Positions 39,741-52,013 of a stretch of DNA of 60,000 nt are shown piece after piece. How positions within the stretch are numbered: the first letter of the stretch is position 1; every line of letters begins with the position of its first letter. The DNA is from Camelus ferus (lineage: Eukaryota). The position numbers were made by a program, and so were the translations under genes. Under the pieces are notes generated by a model that worked only from the letters and a program-made list of their open reading frames with translations, ran no database searches and had not been told where the DNA came from. The stretch lies in assembly GCF_009834535.1 (NCBI RefSeq), contig NC_045696.1, forward strand, positions 5,148,001 through 5,208,000. The letters run 5' to 3'.

Positions 39741-40286
39741 CTTTGCCTGGGACCATGGATGCCGAAGTGAGAGGTCCTGAGAAGGAAGCAGAAACCCTAA
39801 TACTTAGGTCTAAGCTGTTCTTGTCTCTCTGTACATGGCACTAACTGAAACAGAAGAGGTACGAGCCATTTAGCAGGCAGGGAAAGCCCAGGAAGGAGGC
39901 CACGTGCTCTCCGATTCCACCAAAAGCAGTCGTGGAAACCATGACTAAGTGGCGGTCCAGGCTGCATGGCCCGTGGAAGTGCTGAGGCTCGAGCCGGCCC
40001 TCCACCCTCTGTTCCTCGGCATCCGTGCCCCCCTCCTTGAGCCCCGCGCTCTGCCGAGCACCTGCCGCCACACGCAGGGTTTGGTCTAGCAGTTTATAGC
40101 CAGTGTGCGCTGTTGCCTTTGATGTATGTTTTTCTTCCCCTGGTGGGGTTTCAAAGGCTCTTGTGACCTCTCTTGCTCTGGTTAAACTCTGACGTTTAAG
40201 AGCTTAACTGAATGTGCCATAGAAAAGCCAGCTCTTCCTGTGTCCAGTGGGAGAGCCATGAGGACGATGGCGGGCAGGAGCTCTGA

Positions 40287-40778
<492 letters not shown>

Positions 40779-40802
40779 CAGACAGCATGGCTGGACAGCG
40801 GT

Positions 40803-40810
40803 TGTACATA
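40803..40810 (+). promoter_or_regulatory. Pumilio response element (UGUANAUA)
   Basis: Exact TGTACATA, 24 nt after the stop codon. Confidence 0.5.
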
Positions 40811-41360
40811 CGATTTAAAGAATTCAATCAAAGCTACCTTTTTTTTACGGAATTCCAATATTTATAATGAAAGAAAATTGCCAAAATATATTAAAAAAAA
40901 AAGAGAAAATACTGAAAAGCCACAGACAGTGCAAAGACTCTCCTGCCTTTTTTCTGTCTGAGTGTGAGCTCCATCCGCCTGGGCATCTGATTTTTTGGGA
41001 AAGAGTCCAGTTTTATGATCTTCACAGGCTATTGCATTTTTACTGATTTTCTACAAAGTGCATGGGGGACTCATTAAACCTTCTGACTGGAGGTTCTATC
41101 ACACAAGATTCAAGAGAGAAAACAGGAAAAAAAATTTACCCGCTTTGTGAATTTACAGGGGACATTGATTTGGGGGCGGGGCAGCTTTAGTCTCGTTTGC
41201 ACACCTGTCTTTCCCGTTAGAAGCGGGGTCCTCAGTTTGACCTTCTTCTGTTGTTACTTAGGATGAGTGGCGTCAGTGAAGGGGTAGGGGGGTCAATTTG
41301 GTTTTCTTTTTGGTTTATTTTTTAATTTAATGAGATACTCTTTGCATTTTGTCTAAGCGA

Positions 41361-41366
41361 AATAAA
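41361..41366 (+). terminator. Proximal polyadenylation signal
   Basis: AATAAA with an upstream TTTTAAT (41320-41326) and T/GT-rich downstream sequence. Confidence 0.65.
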
Positions 41367-41634
41367 AAAGAAAAGGTGGTCGGCCTTTATTTCCATGTCT
41401 GCTTCTCTCGTCTCCTGCTGATCACTGGGTCCCCTTCCCAGGGATGCTGTGTCTGCAAACAGCAGGGCTGAACCCAGAGCAGAGAGGGTACCGAGACCCC
41501 GAGCGGCCCGGGATGGCGGGGAGGGGCCCAGAAGGTGCGCTGGGTCCCAGTCTTAACGAGGGGCTGGCGTGTATCCTAACCCCGCCCCCACGTGCTGCCC
41601 TTGTCTCCAGTGACGCCTGGCCTTCTGGCTCGAC

Positions 41635-41852
41635 CAGGAGTTGGCAGGCTAGGGCCTGTGGGACAATCCAGCCCACCATTGTTGATATAAATGCAGTTTT
41701 ATTAGAACAGTCATACGCACCACTGGCATTCTGTCTGTGGCCGTTTCGTGCCATGATGGCGGCGTTGAGCAGTTACAGTGGAGATGGTCTGGCCTTCAAA
41801 GCTGGAACTATTTAGCCTCTGACCTTTTATAGAAAAAGTCGGCAGACCCCTA
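41635..41852 (-). mobile_element. MER58A hAT MITE inside the long DSCAM 3' UTR
   Basis: caggagttggcagg...gttttattagaacag...gaccttttatagaaaaagtcggcagaccccta matches the reverse complement of MER58A as recalled. Confidence 0.8.
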
Positions 41853-42716
41853 CTCTAGAGTCCCTCCCGCAGCTGGAGGAAAGAAGACTGGCCCAAGAGA
41901 AGTTCAGGCGCCCTGCCCTCAGGGACCTGTCCTGCCACCACAGGGACTGGGGTCTAAATGAGCAACAGCCCTTCCTGGTGGATGTCACCTCCGCCCCACT
42001 CCTCTACACCCAGAGAAGGCGAGTCCGCAGCGAGTCCAGAGTGAGTGATGCTCCTCTGAGACCTAACTTTCTCCTCTTTCCTCTGTTTAAATTATTCACC
42101 ACATGGCTCATCCTAACAGGGGACTTACTCTTAAATTGTATGAACTGCGCCCTTCTTCCCATGACCCTCCCATGGGGTGCTTTAGAAAGAGCACATAATC
42201 CTCACATGGCCCCCACTCCCAGGCCGGACTCTCTCAGGTCTCTTGTCAGGGCTTTGGCATTGACTGGAAACCTTGACCAAGTCGCCCAGGTAGCAGACTG
42301 CACAAACACCTCCTCTCCCTTCACATCTGCAGGCTCCCCTCTAAGCCCTCAGCATGGGCTGGGGCCAGTTACTGCCACATGGGACATGTTGGAAACTTTT
42401 TTCCTGTCCTCCCTCTCTCCTTCTGTCCTCCTCTCCTTCCATCCCCCTTTTCCATCATTTCTTCCTTCCATTTCTTTTCCAGGCAAGCCCATTTGCCTCC
42501 ATGGATGCAGTGACACCGAGCATGTCTGCACAGCAGGTCCAGGACCGTGTCAGGACCACCGGCTGGCACTGACATTAGATGACTCCGTGGATGTGAACTG
42601 GTCTTTTTCTTGCCATGGCTTCAGAATTCATGTTGACAGCTTATTCTCTGCATCCCCACCGACTCTCACGGGCTTTTTTAATGCAAAGAAGTAAAATGCT
42701 ACTTTCGGCAGAGGGG

Positions 42717-42816
42717 AATAAAGCGCTGTCTTTCATCAGTTTAAAACTTCTATATTCTCCAAACTCAGACGTTTACCTTTTATTTCAATTTCTATCTCAA
42801 GCTGTGCAAAAATAAA
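42717..42816 (+). terminator. Distal polyadenylation signals (AATAAA 42717-42722 and 42811-42816)
   Basis: Two canonical hexamers in U-rich context ~2 kb after the stop codon. Confidence 0.65.
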
Positions 42817-43563
42817 AAATTCCACCTCATGTATGCCTCTGGAATGGATTGTTTTCAATAATACTGCCTTGAAAATGCTCTTTTAAATGAGTTTGACACG
42901 TAAGCACTGTATCCAGAAGTCCACCCTACCACTCAGGAAGGGGCCTGTTATACACATCCACAAAGAGATCCAGGTGTGCAGAGTAAAGGGCCGCAGAGTA
43001 CTTAAAAGACCATTACTGAGAGCAGTAATACTTCTCCTCTGGACTTCTGCCATCTCTAATCTGACTTATAACGCCTTTCAGAGGTCACCTTATTAGTCTG
43101 AGTCTGCAACCATATTGCTGTATCTTAGAGTGGTGAAAGCCAGATAAATTCTTTATCTTCTGGCCAAAATCTATAGGGTCAATGGACAATAGCTATTGGG
43201 TCAATGGACTGGGTCTCTGAGGCATCCATCTGGCTGGCAGTCTGAAAAACATCCTTCTTCCTGAAGTGAGTGAGGTCTTCTGTTACCCTCCAGCCAGGCT
43301 ACAGCACTCGGCACTGGTACAGCCACAGGAATGTACAATGATGCTTCCATTCAACGCCCACATCTGCCTGCCTCCTGCTTTGTCCCCACATCTGCCACAT
43401 CACCCAAAAGAGAAGGAGATGGAGAATGGAGGCGGGAAAATACAGAAGAGTGAGAGGCTGTAAAGCTGGTCCCAGGCTCACCCAGATAAGCTCTAATCCC
43501 ATTGTTCTTTCTGTCTTTGCTACAGAGAATCTTGATAATATCTTTAGACACTGAAGACACACT

Positions 43564-45921
43564 GTCATCTCAATAGATGCAGAAAAAGCATTTGATAGAA
43601 TTGAACACCCATTTATGATAAAAAAAAAAAAAAAGCTCTTACCAAAGTGGGTATAGAGGGAACACATCTCAATGTAATAAAAGCTATTTATGGAAAACCT
43701 AAGCCAGCATAATACTCAATGTGAAAAGTTGAAAGCTTTCCCACTAAAATCTGGAACAAGACAAGGATGCCCACTCTCACCACTACCACTTCTATTCAAC
43801 GTAGTATTGGAAGTCCTAGCCATAGCAATTAGACAAGAAAAAGAATTGGAAAAGAAGCGGTAAAACTGTCATTATACACAGATGACATAATACTGTATAC
43901 AGAAAACCCTAAAGGCTCCAAAACCTACTAGAGCTGATAAAAGAATTCAGCAAGGTAGCAGGATACAAGATTAACATACAGAAATCAGTTGCATTTCTTT
44001 ACAGTAACAATGAAATATCAAAAAAGGAGAGCAAGGAAACAATCCCTTTTAAAAATGCATCCAAAAAAATAAAATACTTAAGAATAAATCTGACCAAGGA
44101 AGTAAAAGACTTACATGTGGAGAACTACAAAACACTGACTAAGGAAATTAAAGATGACTTAAAATGGAAAGATGTTGCATGTTCTTGGATTGGAAGAATA
44201 TTATTAAAATGGCCATACTGCCTAAAGCAACCTACAGATTTAATGTGATCTCTATCGAATTACCCAGGACATTTTTCACAGAATTAGAACAAATAATCCT
44301 AAAATTTATATGGAATCACAAAAGACCGAGAATTGCCAAAACAATACTGAAGAAAAAGAATGAAGCTGGAGGAGTAATGCTCCCTCACTTCAGACAATAC
44401 TACAGAGCTTCAGTAATCAAAACAACATGGCATTAGTATAAAAACAGACATATGGGTCAATGGAACAGAATAGAGAGCCCCAAAATAAACCCACAAACAC
44501 CTGATCAATTGAACATCTTTGACAAAGGAGGCAAGGACATACAATGGAGTAAAGCCCATCTCTTCAGCAAATGGTGTTGGGATAACTGGACAGCTGCATA
44601 TATGTCAATGAAGTCAGAACACTCCCTCACACCATAAACTTGAAATAAACTTGAAATGGCTTGAAGACTCAAATATAAGACAAGACACTATAAACCTCTT
44701 AGAAGAAAACATAGGGAAAACATTATCTGACATAAGTCTTAGCAATGTTCTCCTAAGGCAGTCTACCCAGGCAATAGAAACAAAAGCAAAAATAAACAAA
44801 TGGGACCTAGTTAAACTTATAAGCTTTTGCAGAGCAAAACAAAAAGACAACCTACGGAATGGGAGATAACGTTTGCAAAAGATGAGACTGACAAGGGCTT
44901 GATTTCCAGAATATATATAAATAGCTCATACACCTTACTAACAAAAAAAAAACAAATAACCCAATCCAAAAATGAGCAGAAGACCTAAACAAGCAATTCT
45001 CCAAAGAAGACGTACAAATGGCCAATAGACACATGAAAAAATGCTCAACATCGCTAATTGTGAGAGAAATGCAAATCAAAACTACAGTAAGGGATCACCT
45101 CACACCCGTCAGAATGGCCGTCATTCAAAAATCCACAAACGATAAATGCTGGAGAGAGTATGGAGAAAAGGGAACCCTCCTACACTGCTGGTGGGAATGC
45201 ATTTCGGTGCAGCCACGTGGAAAACCATATGGAGATTCCTCAGAAGACTAAAAATAGACTTACCATATGATCCATCAATCCCACTCCTGGGCAGATATCC
45301 AGAGGGAACCTTAATTCAGAAAGACACCTGCACCCCAGTGCTCACAGCAGCACTATTTACAACAGCCAAGACATGGAAACAGCCTAAAAGCCCATCAGCA
45401 GATGACTGGATGAAGACGTCATAGTATATTTATACAATACAATACTACTCAGCCATAAAAAGTAATAAAATAATGCTATTTGCAGCAACATGGGTGGACC
45501 TGGAGATTGTCGTTCTAAGTGAAGTCAGCCAGAAAGAGAAAGAAAAACACCATATGATAACAGTTATATGGAATCTTAAAAAGAAAAAAGACAAATGAAC
45601 TCATTTGCAAAACAGAAACAGACTCACTGACATAGAAAACAAACTTACGGTTACCAGCTGGGGAAGGGGGTGGGAAGGGATAAATTGGGAGTTCGAGATT
45701 TGCAGATACTAACTACTATATATAAAATATATAAACAGCAAGTTTATACTGTACAGCACAGGGAACTATACTCAGTATCTTGTAGTAACTCATGGGGAAA
45801 AATAATATGAAAACAAATATATGTCTGTACATCTATGACTGAAACATTGTGCTGTACACCGGAAACTGATACCACATTGTAAACTGACCATACTTCAATA
45901 ATATATCTATATTTAAAAAAA
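43564..45921 (+). mobile_element. 5'-truncated L1, 2.36 kb, decayed ORF2 (RT and C-terminal domain) plus 3' UTR
   Basis: Translates in pieces to [24 protein letters not shown] (RT motif), [29 protein letters not shown]; many frameshifts; TSD gaagacacact (43553-63) / gaaaacacact (45922-32). Confidence 0.96.
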
Positions 45922-46942
45922 GAAAACACACTCACATATGTGGCCTTTAAAATAAGCAATCAGTCATCACTCAGTTAAGGCCCCTCGGACTTGGGGCTTG
46001 GATTCGTCATGTGCCAACATCTTCATGAGAGTTTAAAGAAATGGCAGAGGCCTTCCGCTGGAGCAGCGGGACCTGCCTCTGTTTCCATCAGCGGTGGGCA
46101 GGGCGGGCCGCCTCCAGGGCCTGAAGCAGGATCAGGACTCCGAGGGCAAGTTCGTTACAGTCACCTGCTCTGCGAAGGTTTAAAGGGAACTAACACACGA
46201 CCACGTCCCAAAGCCATCTCTGTCCGAAGGATGTGTCTCAGACGGTGACATCGGCTCTCTGAAGGTCACTTGGGAAGACTGTCAGCAATTTAATATCCAA
46301 GGGTCCCAAGCCCCACGTTACTTTTCCACCCATTGGCCCAAAGTGACCTGTCAAACAACAGAGTGGAGGCATGAGGCTGGAGTGAAGGTTTTCTTCAGCT
46401 CGCAGAAACCAAGCTACCGGAATGCCTGCCCGGGGCTTCAGTCAAGGAGTCTGGGACCCACAAGAACTGTGTGCGTTTGCTCTGTACGACCGCCTGGTTG
46501 AGAAGGAGGCTTGTGATGGTGGAGTCCTGAGTGGTGAAGGGCTTTCTGAGCCTGACAAACCCAGGCTAGCACGGTTAGTGGTATCGGGGGACAGGACCCT
46601 GGCTGAGCCCCTCGCCCCCAGCCGGCCGGGACTGGGACTCGGTGCACCTCAGCGTCACTTGGGTCTCTCAAGTGTCATCCAGCTTGAGAGCGGGAAGTAA
46701 CAGTCCTCCACGAGGCCCTGGCATCTGTGTGTCTCCTGAGCAGGGGCAGGAGTGGGTTCCGTTCTGTCCTATCTCTTCAAGGATTTTATATAACAAATCA
46801 TCTTGGAAGATTGAGGTGTTTCTTGGTGGGCAAAAAGCAGACTTGTTTGCTGACCAGGATAATAAAAGCAGTGTCTCCTTCTGAGGCACACAATTTGGCA
46901 GGTAGGGTTGCCATCAACCCCCTTTAACAGTTTGGGGTTTCC

Positions 46943-47078
46943 GGGGGGAGGGATAAATTAAGGGTCTGAGATTAGCAGATATGCACTAGGGAATATAAAA
47001 CAGACGAACAACAAGGACCTACCGTGCAGCACAGGGAACTAGATCCAGGAGCTTGTCGTAACCTGTGATGGAAAAGAA
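46943..47078 (+). mobile_element. Short older L1 3' UTR fragment
   Basis: gggagggataaattaagggtctgagattagcagatatgcac...aacaacaaggacctaccgtgcagcacagggaact. Confidence 0.8.
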
Positions 47079-47639
47079 GCTGCCACTCCCCTAAGGCTGG
47101 GACCTGCATGAACCCAGGGACCAGGCCCATGATACAGACGCTCCACTTCGCCCAGATCTCCCTGGACCCCTTTTCCTCAGACCCTCCGTTCCCATCCCCT
47201 TGCTTCAAGTGTCCACACTTGTGATTCTTTTGGGGAGAATTCCCTTTGATTGCCGAGGCTACTTTGCCCACAAACGAATAGAGCAGGAGGTGACTGGGAG
47301 TTTATGTACCCTGGTGAAGGGGCCTTGGCCAGCCGCAGCCTGGTGCAGGCGCGGGGAACCCAAGCCCCTTTGCTTAAGAGCAGAACGACCATTCTGCTGG
47401 GCTGTACCTTGCTCTCCAGTTCTCCCTGAGAGAGAATTCTGAGCCTGGAACTTCGCTGGAAGTGACATCTTTGCTGTTTGACATCTGCCTTCCTCTTCCC
47501 TGGTCTGGAAAAAGTAGCGACTGTGATTGGGATTAACATACAACACCCTGCCTTCCCTGCCCCAGTGCCAAGGCTCGTGTGACATCTTTAGAGATTGTAG
47601 AATGACGAATGTACCTCCACGGGGTCCCACATAACAAAA

Positions 47640-48568
47640 TGGTGTCTGGAACCAAGGGACGCACTTACAGCTGACAAATTATGGCTTTGGGCACATGCCG
47701 ATGGGACCTACTGGTCCTGCTACATCCAGAGGCTACCAGAGAGCTTGGTAATAGCATCTTAAAGATGCAGCCAAGATGCCACGTTGCAGGTGACACCCCA
47801 CACGGCTGGGGTCCTGTGCTTGGGGAAGCAGCATGTATCTCAAGCCAACAGCTGTTACACGGTGCTAAGTCCTCACTGGTAAAATGCACGGATCCAGAAA
47901 CAGAAGTGTGGAAGCAGGAGTGACCTCACGCATTGTCACTCCCAGTGACTCACAAGCAAATGTGTGATTTCATCCCCACGACTTCAGGTTGAGTGGGTCC
48001 AGAAGCCCCAGGTACCAGAGGTGAGATGTCTCCATCGAGAGACACAGTAAAAGTCACACTGAACTTAAAGCAACAGCCACTGCCCAGCCATTCTAGATTC
48101 TCACAGCAGGTCAGCAGGTCAGCAGGCAAAAAGGTGTGACCACGCTGGCGAGAGTAACTGACCCTCATCATCCTGAGAAGGCAGGGTTTCTCCACCACAG
48201 GGGCAGGGGGAACGTGTCTGGCACTCACGAGGTTTACCGGGGTGGATATCTCCTGGTGCCCCACGTCCATTGTTAACAGCATGTGGGCCTTAAATGAGAT
48301 ACTAACCAAGGGCTCCGTCCACTCAGGGATGCAGGTCTCGGTGACCTTGCCCAGCAGGCAACCCAGACCACAGGAGCGCTCGCCGCAGGAGCAGGGGCCC
48401 TTGGATGGGTGCCAGAGGAGAGGCGCTGACGGCCAGACCCTGCCCTGGGACCACGTGCAGCAGAAGGAGCTACAGTTTGCCCCACTTACTTTCTCCTCTT
48501 GCAGGGTTTTCCACAGAAACTGAAATCAGCCACAGACTTGAAGAAGCCGGGACAGGATGGGGTGAACT
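47640..48568 (+). mobile_element. Decayed ERV-L internal region: integrase C-terminal half and dUTPase-like segment
   Basis: Peptides HPEATRELGNSILKMQPRCHVAGDTPHGWGPVL (ORF 47681..47923), QQAK/KGVTTLARVTDP (~48120-48166, one frameshift) and SGMQVSVTLPSRQPRP...PWDHVQQKEL (ORF 48242..48523) resemble HERV-L Pol/dUTPase as recalled. Confidence 0.75.
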
Positions 48569-48569
48569 C

Positions 48570-49072
48570 AATACAAGACTGTGAGGAGTGAGCAGAGCTA
48601 AAGAGAGCAAGGGTTGGGCTGGGGTCCCCTGGCGGTGTGCCACCCCGTCCCGCAGATCCCTTCTGGCGCCTCCGTGTGCTCGTCCCCCGGATTCTCTGTG
48701 CTTTCCTCCCAGCGGCAGCGCCTGGAACTTCCCTTGGGCTGCTCTCGAGCTGCCGGGAGTGCCTGTCCTGCCAGCACAGAGAGTCCAAGTGCCTGGGAGT
48801 TCACGTCTCCCTGGAGAGTGCTTGGCCGATGAGTGACACGTGCGGAGCTCCTTTGCCTCCACAGGGAGCAGAGCTGAGCTGCCATTTATGCTCCAGAACG
48901 CCCCGCGGGGTTGACCTGGAGCTGAGACTTTGCCGGATATCACATCCTTGCTTCTTCCCTTTTCCAGCCTTTCCTCTCCACTCCCTCTCTGCTTTCTTCT
49001 GGTAGCACTTTAATAAATCATCTGCATTTAAATTCACATCTCAAGCTCTATTTTCAGGGAGCCCTACCTAAT
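48570..49072 (+). mobile_element. ERV-L-type 3' LTR (LTR16/LTR33-like)
   Basis: Follows a purine-rich PPT-like ggacaggatggggtg; ends ...tttaataaatcatctgca...ctcaagctctattttcagggagccctacctaa. Confidence 0.65.
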
Positions 49073-50254
49073 TCTTACTCTTCTTTCTACCCATACACCT
49101 ACCTTAGCGCGTGTGTTAGACGTTCAATACATATTTAACAATAAACAATTAAGATCAGATATCATTGCAAATGTTAATGCCTCCTTTCTTATTCACCTTA
49201 TTAAGGAATATGATTATGATCGCTCTCAATCATATCAAGATATCTCTGGAGAGATGCTTATTGGATGATATCTGAATTTCTGGATGGATGGTACAAGTAA
49301 ATCTTGGCCAAAAGTAAATGAGAAAGGGTAAGATTAAATCCTCTTGAAATGCAAAATGCTTTTCTACAGTCTCAAATGAACATGAGCCAGCCTGGAGGGT
49401 CTGCTTTGCAGCTGCGCACCCACCATCAGACGAAGGGAAGGCAATTGGGAACCAGCATGAGAGTCACCTGACATGGCGCCAGACGCATGGCTGGTGGTGG
49501 CTGGTTCCGGGTTTAACCTTCCCTGCCAGGCCCCCTCCCAGATGAAGAACTGGCAGAACGCTGCTAGAGCAGGCATTCAGCAAAGACCTCTTCTTCTGGA
49601 TTGGCAGGCTTGGGGAAGAGGTAAATCTGTTGGGGCTTTGATGCCCAGGAGAGGGAAGTCATTCGGTTTCTTTAGCAGGGTTGGGCTCAGCTAGGAAGCA
49701 TCCAAATGTAGCACTGTCTTTGATGACAAAATCCTTTCCAGGTTTCTAACCTAATGAGGATTAACATTTGGACTAGCAGTAAGGGCTAAGATAGAAGATG
49801 AGATATTTATACGTCTTACAAAACATGTGGAACCTTTAACACCATTTCCCGGAATTTGAGTTTGGCTTCCTTCTAAGGCTCCCTTTGTGGCTAAGAAGAG
49901 CCCAGGGTTTTTAACACCTGGGGCAAGAGATTGTTGACTTGAGCTGAGCACAATATTTCAAAACAGGGCCAAAAAAAGATAGCATTTCACACAAAGTTAA
50001 TATGAACTAGGCTTTGGCCCAAAAATAATGAATCCAGGAGAATGTGCTTCATCAGGACTTGCCTCATTGTCCAGATGGAAACCACTCTGCTACCCTGAAT
50101 GCACACCATACCCTGGTCTTTTTGTTAAGCAGTTAATTTTGAGACTTAATGGAACAGCTCTAAAAGGACTGACTTGCTTTTCTTCAGTCATTCCAAAGAC
50201 TTTTACAGGGATTGACCCATGTGCACTCAGAAACTTAAAACCTAGTGGTTAGGA

Positions 50255-50480
50255 GTGTGAGATCTGGAGGCAGATTACTGGGTTCCGATCTAGGCTGTAC
50301 CATGGATAAGCTTGTAACCTTGGGCAAGTTCCTCCCGGTCTTGATTTCCTTGTCTGTAAAGCAAGGGAAATAATGGTAACTCCTTTTAGGGATGTTGTGA
50401 GTATGAAATAAGTTCTGCATCTTAAAGGCTTAGAACCAGTGTCTGGCACATAACAGGTTCTCAATCAGTGATAGCAGTTG
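50255..50480 (+). mobile_element. MIR SINE
   Basis: tgtaaccttgggcaagttcc...ctgtaaagcaagggaaataatgg...gcttagaaccagtgtctggcacataa. Confidence 0.8.
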
Positions 50481-51444
50481 TGATTAGCTATTCCTTTTGA
50501 CCCACTGATTTAAGACAATGTATTGTGAGTAACACCTGTCAATGGGGAATGTCCCAACAAACATCCCACTCAGTCATCCCAAGCACTGTTTCAACATTTG
50601 GGCTGAAAAGGGTCATTTTATTATATTTGTATATCTGGGCATAAGGCAACGCTCCCGGGGGCTTAGGGTTGGACTCCTGTCCGTGGTACTGAAATCAGTT
50701 CTCAGCCCAACGGCATGTACAATGCATTTGTTTAATTGTGTTTAAACATTTAGCCACGCAGTTCCTTTTCAATTTTAGATCATGTCTTCTGCTTCACTGA
50801 ACCAGGTTGGTTCCTAAAGGTAATTATTTTAACATATATTAGAGAAGAAAGAGGAAGGGGAAGGATGGGGAAAGGAAGAGGGCAGAGGCACTAAATGAAA
50901 CCACTTCTTAAAGGATGTCTACCAGAAATGTGTAAGTGACAGCGTTTATAACTTCAACTTTGAAAGCAGCAGCCCCATTATCTCCCTAAAGGAAGAACAT
51001 CTAAAATTCTGAAATGGTCACTAAAGTCATGTAGCTCCATGTTCTCATTTATTTCTTATTTACTAGATTTAATAAAAGTAATAAAAACAAGTTCTTGTTT
51101 CTCAAATGTTATATCCTTTTTTAATAGCCAAATTATATTGAGTAACATCTGAGTAGATAAAGGAAACAGTCCATTTGGACCCTAGTGGTCCAGGGAACTG
51201 TAACATAGAGTACACCCACGTGGCAGACCTTGGGAGACATCCCTTCTGTGCTCTCTACAGAGTCCTGCATATCCAAGTTTTCCCATCCTTCAGAAGTTGG
51301 ATACGATTTACTCAGCTTCTTTATAAATTCTGTAGAGAGTTCAACAAATATACTCTTTCACTGAAAACTGTCGAACCCATACACTGGGATGAAAACTATA
51401 TGCAGTCGATTGCACACATAGAGCAAGTTTGAAAATTTATGTAC

Positions 51445-52013
51445 TGTAGCAGACAGACGCTTAGGTAACCCCCAGTGATCCCTGCCTCCTGATAGCCACG
51501 GCTTTACGAATCCTCTTCCTCTGAGTGTGGGCAGCACCCGTGACTTTCTTCCCGCAAATAGAATGTGGCCAAGGTGATGGTTTGTCACTCCCATGATTAT
51601 GTTGCATAAGACTCCACCCTGCTAGACACCTCCCTTTCCCTCCCCTGCTGGTCTTCCAGAGGGGATGTGCCATGTTGTGAATGGCGGGTGGCAGGGACCT
51701 GTGGGGAACCCCACAAGCTGTAGGCAGTCTCCAGCCAACAACCAGCCTTTGTCTTACAACTACAAGTAAATGAATCTACCAGCAACCCGTACAAACTTGG
51801 ATGTGAATTTTTCTCCCGCAGAGTGCTCAGATGAGACCTCAGCCCCAGTCAACACCTTCATTGAAGCCTGGTGGGACCCCCAAAGCAGAGAGCCCAGCTA
51901 CGTCCATCATACCCCAAATCCTGACAGACAAAAACCCTGAGATCATAAACGTGTATGGTTTTCAGCAGCTAAGTGTGTAGTCATTTGTTACACAGCTGTA
52001 GGTAACTGGTACA
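51445..52013 (+). mobile_element. MaLR LTR (MLT1E-like), near full length
   Basis: tgtagcagacag...cccccagtgatccctgcctcctg...gctaagtgtgtagtcatttgttacacagc...aactggtaca. Confidence 0.85.

Larger units (their letters stand above)
40779..42835 (+). other. DSCAM: DSCAM 3' UTR (short form to ~41385, long form to ~42835)
   Basis: Follows the stop codon; AATAAA at 41361, 42717 and 42811. Cleavage positions are inferred. Confidence 0.7.

Noticed and set aside
40890..40905. ATTAAA as a very proximal poly(A) signal
   Set aside because: Runs into a genomic A tract, so it cannot be told from internal priming without 3'-end data.
41978..42694. 238-aa ORF, the longest in the window
   Set aside because: GTG start, lies in the DSCAM 3' UTR, includes a low-complexity pyrimidine tract, no recognisable domain.
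44164..45424. ORFs with L1 ORF2 similarity as an active gene
   Set aside because: 5'-truncated, frameshifted and interrupted by stops.
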